A stretch of DNA of 64,000 nt, from positions 824,169-888,168 of the forward strand of contig JAEINU010000001.1 in NCBI GenBank assembly GCA_016342685.1. Direction: 5' to 3'. Made by a program: the position numbers and the translations under genes. The notes under the pieces were generated by a model, which saw only the letters and a list, made by a program, of their open reading frames with translations, did not search any database and was not told the DNA's origin. This document shows, one piece after another, positions 17,517 through 26,288 of this stretch; positions within the stretch are counted from its first letter, which is position 1; each line of letters starts with the position of its first letter. Source of the stretch: Bacteroidales bacterium (lineage in GTDB: Bacteria > Bacteroidota > Bacteroidia > Bacteroidales > UBA12077).

Positions 17517-20500
17517 ATGAAAAAGAGATATCAAATATTCTATATATTATTGTTTGTACTAATATCCAATCTGGGATTTGCACAATTAACTATAGTTAAT
17601 GCACTAGCTGTTGATGGCGATTCAAATGGATTTTATGGAACAGTGGAGATAGAATTTTCTACTGGAGTTAACGATGCTGAAATGCAAACAAGTGCATTGC
17701 CGCGAGACGATTGGGAGTTTTCTGAAGACCCAGAATTTACAACTTTTATTAGACCTAATAGCTTTAGTACAGAAGTTTTTGATATCGCAGTGGCAAATGT
17801 AGCAAATGATAAATATATTCGATTAACATTTCCATCTGAATTTTCTTCGAGTACTGGAACAATTTATTATAGATATATAAATGGTAATCTAGGTTCAGAT
17901 GATGTAACAGATTTTACTACAGGAACAGATGTGTTAGCTGATTTTGCAATTAAAAGTGCCACTGATGGTGCACCGCCTGTTATTTCTGGCGTTGTTTCAA
18001 ATGCAACAGATGCTGGAGTTTTAAAAGTTGGTGAATCGATTGTATTTACCGTCGATTTTGAAGATACTACTAATGATCCTAATTTAACAATACTACCTGC
18101 TCAATATAATAGTGAAGATTTAAACTGGATTACATCAAATGGTGGAGATACTTATACTGGAACGTATACTGTTACAGAAGGAAATGCAGATCAAACCACG
18201 GAATTACAATTAACAGGAGTAACAGCTACAGATGAGTATGGCAATGTGAGTGCATCTTTTAACGGAACTGATGTAGATAAAACGATTGATGCAAATACAC
18301 CTACTATTTCTTCAGTAACATCTGATGCAACTGCTGCTGACACATTAATTGTTGGAGAAACGATTACATTTACTGTTGATACAGAAACAGGACTTACAAT
18401 ATTACCCTTACAGTATAATGGACAAAACTTAAATTGGACAGCTATTAGTGGTGGAGATACCTATCAGGGTATATATACAGTAATGGAAGGTGATCAAGAT
18501 AGAATAACACCATTGCAGTTAACAGGAGTAACAGCTGAAGATGCTGCTGGGAATATTAGCAATACTGAAGATGGTAGTGATGTAGTAAAATCTATCGATG
18601 CAAATACACCATCGATAGTGACAGTTAAATCTGATGCAACAGCAGCTGGAATTTTAAAAGTTGGTGATAAAATAACTTTTACAATTGATGTTGCCACTCC
18701 AGATGGGAACTTAAGTGTAAATCCTTCCAATTATAATGGAGAAACCTTAAGTTGGTCTACGAGTGATGGAGGTGATTCATACATTGGAATATACACTGTA
18801 GTGGATAATGGTGTGGATCAGACTTCAGATTTGCAACTAACAGGAGTAACTTTAACAGATGCTGCAGGTAATGTTAGTAGTTCCGTTGATGGTGTTGATA
18901 TAGAGAAAACAATAGATTCAAATATACCTACTATTTCTTCAGTAACCTCCGATGCAACTGCTGCTGACACATTAATTGTTGGAGAAACGATTACGTTTAC
19001 CGTTGATGTTGTTGATACAGAAACAGGACTTACAATATTACCCTTACAGTATAATGGACAAAACTTAAATTGGACTGACATCAGTAGTGGTGATACTTAT
19101 CAGGGTATATATACCGTAATGGAAGGTGATCAGGATAGAATAACACCATTGCAGTTAACGGGAGTAACAGCTGAAGATGCTGCTGGGAATATTAGCAATA
19201 CTGAAGATGGTAGTGATGTAGTAAAATTAATCGATGCAAATACACCATCGATAGTGACAGTTAAATCTGATGCAACAGAAGCTGGGATTTTAAAAGTCGG
19301 TGATAAAATAACCTTTACAATTGATGTCGCTACTCCAGATGGGAACTTAAGTGTAAATCCTTCCAATTATAATGGAGAAACCTTAAGTTGGTCTACGAGT
19401 GATGGAGGTGATTCATACATTGGAATATACACTGTAGTGGATAATGGTGTGGATCAGACTTCAGATTTGCAACTAACAGGAGTAACTTTAACAGATGCTG
19501 CAGGTAATGTTAGTAGTTCCTTTGATGGTGTTGATATAGTGAAAACAATAGATTCAAATATACCTACTATTTCTTCAGTAACATCTGATGCAACTGCTGC
19601 TGATACATTAATTGTTGGAGAAACAATTACATTTACTGTTGATGTTGAAGATACAGAAACAGGACTTACAATATTACCCTTACAGTATAATGGACAAAAC
19701 TTAAATTGGACTGAGGTTAGTAGTGGTGATACCTATCGGGGTATATATACAGTAATGGAAGGTGATCAAGATAAAATAACACCATTGCAGTTAACAGGAG
19801 TAACAGCTGAAGATGCTGCTGGGAATATTAGCAACACTGAAGATGGTAGTGATGTAGTAAAATCTATCGATGCAAATACACCATCGATAGTGACAGTAAC
19901 ATCTGATGCAACCTTACTAGGAGTTCTAAAAGTTGGAGATAAAATTACATTTACTATAGATGTGGTTACTTCTGATGGAAACCTAACAGTTAATCCTACA
20001 AGCTATAATGGCAGAGCTTTAAATTGGTTTACAGATGATGGAGGCAGCACTTATACAGGAATATACAATGTTACAGAAGGAGATCCAGATCAATCTTCAG
20101 CTTTGCCTTTTACAGGAGTGACCTTAACTGATGTAGCAGGTAATGTAAGTGCAATATATAGTGCAAGTGATGTTGTAAAGACGATTGATGCGAATTCTCC
20201 ATTTATAAATAATTTTGTTGTACCTCAAATTAATATGACAATAGGAAACACTTATACAGCCACGATAAGTGTTAGTTCAGATCCTGATACTTATACTCTT
20301 ACTTCTGGTGAACTATCTGGATTTACGTTACATTCTTTAACAAAAGATGCTGATGATTCTTATTCGGTTGATTTTACTATTACCGATTTAGGATACGACA
20401 TATTAAGTGATAATTCATATTTGATTTCTAATTTGGTGATGTCAGATGCCTCTGGTAATATTTCAAATACTTATTCAAGTTCAATAAGTCAAATAAATGA

Positions 20501-23500
20501 TCCTATTTATACAATTTCTCCTTCGGCAAAAGTTTCAGGAAATTATGATATTTGTGATAAAGATTCAGCAACACTTTTATTTCAGTTAACAGGTAATTCA
20601 CCTTGGGATATTGAGCTAGATACTGGAGTAGGAATAACCACTATTTCAAGTATAAATGCCTCGCCTTATATTTATAAAGTACAAGCGAATGATTTAAATA
20701 ATTTGGTTGATCCTGATACTGCAATATATAAAATTACACAGGTTACAGATGTAAATGGGATTATTGTCAGTGTAGGTTCACCAATCGATAGTGCTACGGT
20801 ATTTGCTTATAAATTACCTGTAGTTGATATTACATATCCTGCGGGAGATCAAACATATAATATAAGTGCAAGTGAAGATACTTTAGTTGGAAATCCTCTT
20901 AATGGGATTTTTACTGGAGCAGGAATTGTATCCTCAAATAACACATTTCATCCTTCATCAGCAGGTCTTGGAGAGCATAATATAGAATATACTTATACAG
21001 ACCCAACCTCAGGATGTTCAAATTTAGACTCAGTAGAGTTAACCGTTATAGAATCAGCAGCAGAAATTGTTTTTCAAAATAACGATACATGGTGGTGTGA
21101 TTATGAAACATCGTTTACTTTAACAGGAGCTGTAGTCGGGAAACCGTCAATAGTTGGAACTTTTTCTTTAGATAAAGATGGAGGCGCAATTAGCTCGACA
21201 GCTGATAATGCTGCCATAATTGATATTAGTTTATTAGTTAGCGGGGGGTCTTACATTGTTAGTTATAGTTATTTTGATGGTGTTCCAATTACATTCATAA
21301 AAAGTTTTACTATTGAATCTGTAAATACAGATATTGGTATTCCAGTTATTAATGATATGTGTGAAGATTATGATACAGTATTTGTAAATGCTTATAATCT
21401 TGCTCCATTAGGAGGTAGTGGTACTTTTACCTTTTCAGGCAGTAGTAGTGACTATTTTATAAATGACCCTAACAATAATAAACTTTATTTTTATCCTGAT
21501 TCGATTGCTCCCGGGGATTATAATTTGAAATATTACTACACAACTCCAAATGGATGTAATAGCGTTGAAACATCACGAGATTTTAAAGTAAATGCCTTAC
21601 CAATTGTTGATATTGTAATGGATAATCTTTATAATATTGAGGGTGGAGTTGAAATTATTTCTGGAACTCCAAATACACCAGCAGGTATATTCTCACCTAG
21701 TTTCATGATTGACAATAGTAACGGAACAGCGAACTTTAACCCATCTATAGTGGGTTTAGGTATTGATACTGCATATTATACTTATACAGATGTTAATGGT
21801 TGTGTTAATCAAGATACCGCAATATTTGAAGTTGATAAAGCAAAAGGACAATTCTATGGATTAGATAAGTTTGATTCTAAAAATCAATATTGTTATTTTA
21901 ATAGTTTATCCGATACAATTAGTGTAATTCCTTTAAATGGGAGTGGTTTTCCAGGTTCATTTTATATTGATAATATATTATTTACTAATAATGTTGGTAA
22001 TGATAGTATAGCATTTTCACCTTCAGATATAATTTCAGGAAACCATGATTTGAGATTTACATATACCAGAGATGGAGTTGAATTTAATCTCGATACAGTC
22101 TTTAATATTGATTCCATTGGGAGTTTAAGTGTTGTTGGACTTGATAGTGAATATTGTCAAGATGATGATAGAAGCATTAATCTTACGGGGATTTCAGATG
22201 GCGCTGGATCAGGTTTAAGTATTTTTGGAGGGGATGGTATTACTGATGTAAATGGAATATTTAAACCAGCTGATGCTAATATAGGAACAAATACGATCTC
22301 ATACACATTTACAAGAGATGATTCTGGGTGCCAAAAGAGTGTTAGTGTAAATAGCCTAATAAATAAAGTGCCAGATATCGGATTTATTCTTGAAAAGACT
22401 TGTATTTCTAGCATTCAAGATTCTGTTTTATTTACTTCAGATACTTTATCATCTGATAATGTGATTAACTGGAATTGGTCTGTAACAGCACTTGGAAATA
22501 GCAGATTAAGTAATGAAATCAATCCTAAATTTTCGTTAACAAAGCAAGAGAAAAACTTTATTTCATTAACTGTTGAAACAGATAAAGCGTGTTCTTCTTC
22601 TCTAGATAGTAGTATTTTTATAGGTTCTGTTGTAGATATAGATTTCTCTTGGGATAAGGAATGCTTTGGCGAAACAGTTACATTCAAGGTTTTAGAAAAA
22701 ACGGATGAGCTAGGGGTCGACAGTGTTCGATGGAATTTTGGAGGAGATGGTTTTTCCGATTTAACAGATATTTATAATCCGCAATATACATATGATGTTC
22801 ATGGAGGGTATGATGTTACATACGAAGAGTTTACAAAATCTTGTGGACTTATTTCAGAAACCCTAAAGATAAATATTCGTCCTTCCATTAGTTTAAGTTC
22901 TGGGGCATATTTCGAAGATTTTGAAGAAGAATCAGATGTGACTGGATGGGCTGTTGATATTTTAGAAAGTACTTCGAACTCATCATGGGAATGGGGTGTT
23001 CCGAATGGAACGCTTATCAATACAGCAGCAGATGGAACTAGTGCGTTTGTTACAAATTTGGATGGGAATTATGCAAATGACGAGAAATCTATTATTTCAA
23101 GTCCTTGTTTTGATTTGTCGGGACTTGAACGACCAATGATATCGTTTGATTTTATTTCTGATCTTCAAGAAGATAGAGATGGAGTTGTAATTGAATATGC
23201 TGTTGATAAAGAAAACTGGAAGATATTAGGATTTGCAGATCAAGGTGTTGATTGGTTTAATACAAACACAAATTACGATGCTATTTTAGGTTCTTCTAGA
23301 GCTTGGACTGGCGATGGCGAAGGTGAATCATTTTCAAGTGAGGATGTAGAATGGAGAAAAGCGAAATATTGGCTCGAAGATGTAGTTGGAGAAGCAGGAG
23401 TAAGGTTTAGGTTTACTCTGGGAACTGATGATGCCGGAGTGAATGAAGGTTTTGGATTTGATAATTTGCGAATTGGTGATAGAAACAGAATGGTATTATT

Positions 23501-24428
23501 AGAGCATTTTGCAAATCCTTCAGAAGAAGATTTTATTAATACTCAGAATATAATCAACAATATTGTAAGTGATAACCCATTAGATGTTATATCAGTTCAG
23601 TTTTTCACAAGTTTCCCTGAAATAAATGATTTAAGTAGTTTTTATACTGCTGGACCAAGTGCAAGATCTTTATATTATGGTGTATCACAAGTTCCTTATT
23701 CTATTGTTGATGGGGGCGATAGAAAATTTAATTATTCTAGTACAAATACTTTAGGAACAGTTGATATTCAGAAAAGAATGCTTGAAGAATCTAAATTTGA
23801 AATAAATGTTAAGCAAGATAATCAAAATGATAAATTAGTTGTTTCTGGATCAATCAAAGCAAAGGAAAATATTTCAGGAATTGGAATAAGTGCAAGAATT
23901 GCAATAGTTGAAAAGACAATTCGTTATGAAGAAAATACTATTCATAATGTACTTAGAGCTATGCTGCCAGATCCGGCAGGGAAGCTAATAGAGAGAGAGT
24001 GGCTAGCTAATGATTCGGTAATGGTATATCAATCTTGGGATTTGCCAGAATTAGTAAATAAAGATAGCTTAATGGCAATCCTTTTCATTCAGGATGAATT
24101 AACAAATGAAATATATCAGGCTGGATTTACTGATAAATTTTCAATTGTTACGTCAAATGAATCAGATTTTATTCAGAATGAAAATACATATAGTATATAC
24201 CCAAATCCAATGTCAGATTATTTTACAATAGTGTTTGGGGTTGAACAAAAAGAAGATCTAGTAATAGACTTATATAATAATATTGGTGTACTTGTTAAAA
24301 CAATGAAGTTAGAGCAAGGTCTTAGTATGATTGAGGTAAATACAGATGACTTGCCTATAGGTATTTATTATGTACAGGTTAAATATCCTAATTATATAAG
24401 TTCACAAAAAATTGTAAAGAGTAATTAA
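17517..24428 (+). CDS. Giant (2303 aa) cell-surface adhesin-like protein: signal peptide, ~8 Ig-like ~105-aa modules, beta-rich region, MAM-like domain, T9SS type-A C-terminal sorting domain
   Basis: Signal peptide. Repeated module TP.I..V.SDAT.AG.LKVG..ITFT.D ... LTGVT..D.AGN.S. MAM-like block GWAVDILESTSNSSWEWGVP...SPCFDL. C-terminus YSIYPNPMSDYFTIVF...GIYYVQVKY matches the Por_Secre_tail pattern. Confidence 0.8.
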   Translation: MKKRYQIFYILLFVLISNLGFAQLTIVNALAVDGDSNGFYGTVEIEFSTGVNDAEMQTSALPRDDWEFSEDPEFTTFIRPNSFSTEVFDIAVANVANDKYIRLTFPSEFSSSTGTIYYRYINGNLGSDDVTDFTTGTDVLADFAIKSATDGAPPVISGVVSNATDAGVLKVGESIVFTVDFEDTTNDPNLTILPAQYNSEDLNWITSNGGDTYTGTYTVTEGNADQTTELQLTGVTATDEYGNVSASFNGTDVDKTIDANTPTISSVTSDATAADTLIVGETITFTVDTETGLTILPLQYNGQNLNWTAISGGDTYQGIYTVMEGDQDRITPLQLTGVTAEDAAGNISNTEDGSDVVKSIDANTPSIVTVKSDATAAGILKVGDKITFTIDVATPDGNLSVNPSNYNGETLSWSTSDGGDSYIGIYTVVDNGVDQTSDLQLTGVTLTDAAGNVSSSVDGVDIEKTIDSNIPTISSVTSDATAADTLIVGETITFTVDVVDTETGLTILPLQYNGQNLNWTDISSGDTYQGIYTVMEGDQDRITPLQLTGVTAEDAAGNISNTEDGSDVVKLIDANTPSIVTVKSDATEAGILKVGDKITFTIDVATPDGNLSVNPSNYNGETLSWSTSDGGDSYIGIYTVVDNGVDQTSDLQLTGVTLTDAAGNVSSSFDGVDIVKTIDSNIPTISSVTSDATAADTLIVGETITFTVDVEDTETGLTILPLQYNGQNLNWTEVSSGDTYRGIYTVMEGDQDKITPLQLTGVTAEDAAGNISNTEDGSDVVKSIDANTPSIVTVTSDATLLGVLKVGDKITFTIDVVTSDGNLTVNPTSYNGRALNWFTDDGGSTYTGIYNVTEGDPDQSSALPFTGVTLTDVAGNVSAIYSASDVVKTIDANSPFINNFVVPQINMTIGNTYTATISVSSDPDTYTLTSGELSGFTLHSLTKDADDSYSVDFTITDLGYDILSDNSYLISNLVMSDASGNISNTYSSSISQINDPIYTISPSAKVSGNYDICDKDSATLLFQLTGNSPWDIELDTGVGITTISSINASPYIYKVQANDLNNLVDPDTAIYKITQVTDVNGIIVSVGSPIDSATVFAYKLPVVDITYPAGDQTYNISASEDTLVGNPLNGIFTGAGIVSSNNTFHPSSAGLGEHNIEYTYTDPTSGCSNLDSVELTVIESAAEIVFQNNDTWWCDYETSFTLTGAVVGKPSIVGTFSLDKDGGAISSTADNAAIIDISLLVSGGSYIVSYSYFDGVPITFIKSFTIESVNTDIGIPVINDMCEDYDTVFVNAYNLAPLGGSGTFTFSGSSSDYFINDPNNNKLYFYPDSIAPGDYNLKYYYTTPNGCNSVETSRDFKVNALPIVDIVMDNLYNIEGGVEIISGTPNTPAGIFSPSFMIDNSNGTANFNPSIVGLGIDTAYYTYTDVNGCVNQDTAIFEVDKAKGQFYGLDKFDSKNQYCYFNSLSDTISVIPLNGSGFPGSFYIDNILFTNNVGNDSIAFSPSDIISGNHDLRFTYTRDGVEFNLDTVFNIDSIGSLSVVGLDSEYCQDDDRSINLTGISDGAGSGLSIFGGDGITDVNGIFKPADANIGTNTISYTFTRDDSGCQKSVSVNSLINKVPDIGFILEKTCISSIQDSVLFTSDTLSSDNVINWNWSVTALGNSRLSNEINPKFSLTKQEKNFISLTVETDKACSSSLDSSIFIGSVVDIDFSWDKECFGETVTFKVLEKTDELGVDSVRWNFGGDGFSDLTDIYNPQYTYDVHGGYDVTYEEFTKSCGLISETLKINIRPSISLSSGAYFEDFEEESDVTGWAVDILESTSNSSWEWGVPNGTLINTAADGTSAFVTNLDGNYANDEKSIISSPCFDLSGLERPMISFDFISDLQEDRDGVVIEYAVDKENWKILGFADQGVDWFNTNTNYDAILGSSRAWTGDGEGESFSSEDVEWRKAKYWLEDVVGEAGVRFRFTLGTDDAGVNEGFGFDNLRIGDRNRMVLLEHFANPSEEDFINTQNIINNIVSDNPLDVISVQFFTSFPEINDLSSFYTAGPSARSLYYGVSQVPYSIVDGGDRKFNYSSTNTLGTVDIQKRMLEESKFEINVKQDNQNDKLVVSGSIKAKENISGIGISARIAIVEKTIRYEENTIHNVLRAMLPDPAGKLIEREWLANDSVMVYQSWDLPELVNKDSLMAILFIQDELTNEIYQAGFTDKFSIVTSNESDFIQNENTYSIYPNPMSDYFTIVFGVEQKEDLVIDLYNNIGVLVKTMKLEQGLSMIEVNTDDLPIGIYYVQVKYPNYISSQKIVKSN
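18300..20198 (+). repeat. Three tandem near-identical coding repeats (627, 636, 636 bp; each encodes two Ig-like modules) inside the adhesin gene
   Basis: Identical antisense ORFs at 18494-18730 and 19130-19366 (offset 636). Direct reading shows >90% nucleotide identity between units starting at 18300, 18927 and 19563. Unit 3 diverges after ~19900. Confidence 0.85.
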
Positions 24429-24431
24429 TAA

Positions 24432-24463
24432 AACAAGGGCATCTAAGTGGATGCCCTTGTTTT
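24432..24463. terminator. Bidirectional rho-independent terminator between convergent genes
   Basis: Perfect 12-bp stem AACAAGGGCATC / GATGCCCTTGTT with 6-nt loop, flanked by A-run upstream and T-run downstream. Confidence 0.7.
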
Positions 24464-24464
24464 A

Positions 24465-25019
24465 TTATCTGTTATCTCTTCTTCGATAATGCTTTTCTTG
24501 GTTTTCCCTTCGATGAGAATTTCGTCTAGGCTCTTTATCTTGAACAGAAATCATTCGAATAAATAATTTCTTTAAGACTTCTTGTTGTTCTTCATTGCAA
24601 ATTTCTTTTAGTCCAAGAAAATGATCCGAAGTAAGTAATTTTAGTTCATAATGCAAATTGCCAATTTGTCTTGAAATTGAATCTATATTTTTCAGATTCG
24701 GATCTTTATTAGCAATTTCATCTATTAATAAATGCCTGTATTTATTGAGTGCATCACTTTTATTTCGTGTTTTCACTGCATACTCTCTATTGATATTTTT
24801 AAACGCATTAAATTGCTCATCTGATAATTTTAATTCATTTCTAAAATAATCATACATTCCTGATCTTCTAATTTCTTCTTTCTGAATATTTATCTTATCT
24901 ATCTTTTTAGCTTTAATTTTACTATTGTAATAAATAGTACCTAATGCCGATACATTTATTATTACAAGTAAAGTAATTAGAATAATTAGAAGTCTTTTTT
25001 TATTAATACTATTCATCAT
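24465..25019 (-). CDS. Periplasmic Spy/CpxP-family (LTxxQ-like) protein, likely envelope-stress chaperone
   Basis: Signal/anchor helix; helical repeats with LSDEQFNAFK and LTSDHFLGLKEI motifs; last gene of the ECF sigma operon. Confidence 0.5.
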   Translation of the reverse strand: MMNSINKKRLLIILITLLVIINVSALGTIYYNSKIKAKKIDKINIQKEEIRRSGMYDYFRNELKLSDEQFNAFKNINREYAVKTRNKSDALNKYRHLLIDEIANKDPNLKNIDSISRQIGNLHYELKLLTSDHFLGLKEICNEEQQEVLKKLFIRMISVQDKEPRRNSHRRENQEKHYRRRDNR

Positions 25020-25030
25020 TAATAAGTTTA

Positions 25031-25513
25031 TTATTTTTGAATTAAACTGTCATTATTTATTAGAGTATTTTCTATACTTTCAATTTCAAAATCATTTAAG
25101 TATTTATTTTCAGAAAAGACTTTAATATAATCTTGCTCTTCAATATTTAATTCAGAGTATTGTTCTGAATTTCCGGAATATGAACCAATTTGTATTCCAA
25201 TAAATACTGCTATTATAACAGAAGAGAGATACAGGGCTGGTTGCATTATTTTATTATTATATAATCTTGTTAAAACAGAAGTTTTTTGAATAAGATTGCT
25301 TTCTATTTTCTGTTTTAATCTTGTATAATAAAATGCGTGTTCTTCAATATTTTTTGTTGGCTTTAACAAATTAAGCGTATTAATAACGCTGGTATATTTA
25401 CTGTAACATAACGTACAATTATCAAGATGTAATTCAATTGCCTTTCTGTTCTCATCTGATAATGATCCATCAATGTACTTGGATAATATTTTATTTACAT
25501 CTTTACATCTCAT
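25031..25513 (-). CDS. Anti-sigma factor (zf-HC2 type) with single TM
   Basis: N-terminal H-x3-C-x2-C motif (LHLDNCTLC); central TM (LYLSSVIIAVFIGIQIG); located immediately downstream of the ECF sigma gene. Confidence 0.7.
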   Translation of the reverse strand: MRCKDVNKILSKYIDGSLSDENRKAIELHLDNCTLCYSKYTSVINTLNLLKPTKNIEEHAFYYTRLKQKIESNLIQKTSVLTRLYNNKIMQPALYLSSVIIAVFIGIQIGSYSGNSEQYSELNIEEQDYIKVFSENKYLNDFEIESIENTLINNDSLIQK

Positions 25514-25566
25514 TGGTCTATTTTTTGTTATATGACACTTATAATGTGCTTATTATTACAAATTGT

Positions 25567-26136
25567 TTAGTTTTTTTTGTAATAATCAAGTATTAATTTT
25601 TGTAATTTCTTTTTACCTCTATTAATTAAAACTCCAACTTCTGATACAGAAATTTCCATTACTTCTGATATTTCTTTGTACGATAAATCTTCAAAATTAT
25701 TCAGAGTTATAGCTATTCTTTGTTTTTCAGGGAGCTTATTAAGTGCAAAATACAATGCTTTTTTATTTTCGTTACGCTCAAGATCTTCACCAGGCTTTAG
25801 CGCTGTATCTTCAGGATCATTTTTTTTTGAGTCATCATTAAAAAGAACATCTAAACTCGAAAATAATCTATTTTTTTTCTTTGATCTTAAGTAGTTTAAA
25901 GATTTATTAACTGATATTCTGTACAACCAAGTTGTTATTTTAGAATCGCCTCTAAACGATTCGATTGATTCGTAGAACTGAATAAAAACCTCCTGTGAAA
26001 CATCCATAGAATCATCATAGTTGTTTAAAATGTTGTTGCAAATATTTAGTACAAGATGATGATGCATTTCAACAAAGGTTTGAAACGCTTTTTCATCTTT
26101 ATTTGCAATTTTATCTATTAGGATTCTTTCGTCCAT
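25567..26136 (-). CDS. RNA polymerase ECF-type sigma-70 factor
   Basis: Region 2 (FQTFVEMHHHLVLNICNNIL ... WLYRISVNKSLNYLR) and region 4 HTH (LSYKEISEVMEISVSEVGVLINRGKKKL). Confidence 0.85.
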   Translation of the reverse strand: MDERILIDKIANKDEKAFQTFVEMHHHLVLNICNNILNNYDDSMDVSQEVFIQFYESIESFRGDSKITTWLYRISVNKSLNYLRSKKKNRLFSSLDVLFNDDSKKNDPEDTALKPGEDLERNENKKALYFALNKLPEKQRIAITLNNFEDLSYKEISEVMEISVSEVGVLINRGKKKLQKLILDYYKKN

Positions 26137-26288
26137 TCAGGAATTTCGTAATCGTTTTTATTATGACACAAAAAAAGAAATTTTATTACACTTTGCGACT
26201 TTTATGTATAAGAATTTTCAAAATATAAATAATAAGTCTATTTAAGTTTAATCGTATTTCTTTCAGTTATATGATCGCTATATATAGT

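Noticed and set aside
18494-19366. Antisense ORFs (78-87 aa) inside the adhesin gene, two of them with identical translations
   Set aside because: They lie opposite a long, well-supported coding frame. Their identity simply reflects the 636-bp tandem repeat. No RBS or conservation argues for expression.
17950-20200. Possible CRISPR-like or satellite tandem repeat
   Set aside because: The units are ~630 bp and are in-frame coding sequence of one large ORF. They are not short direct repeats with unique spacers, and no cas genes are nearby.
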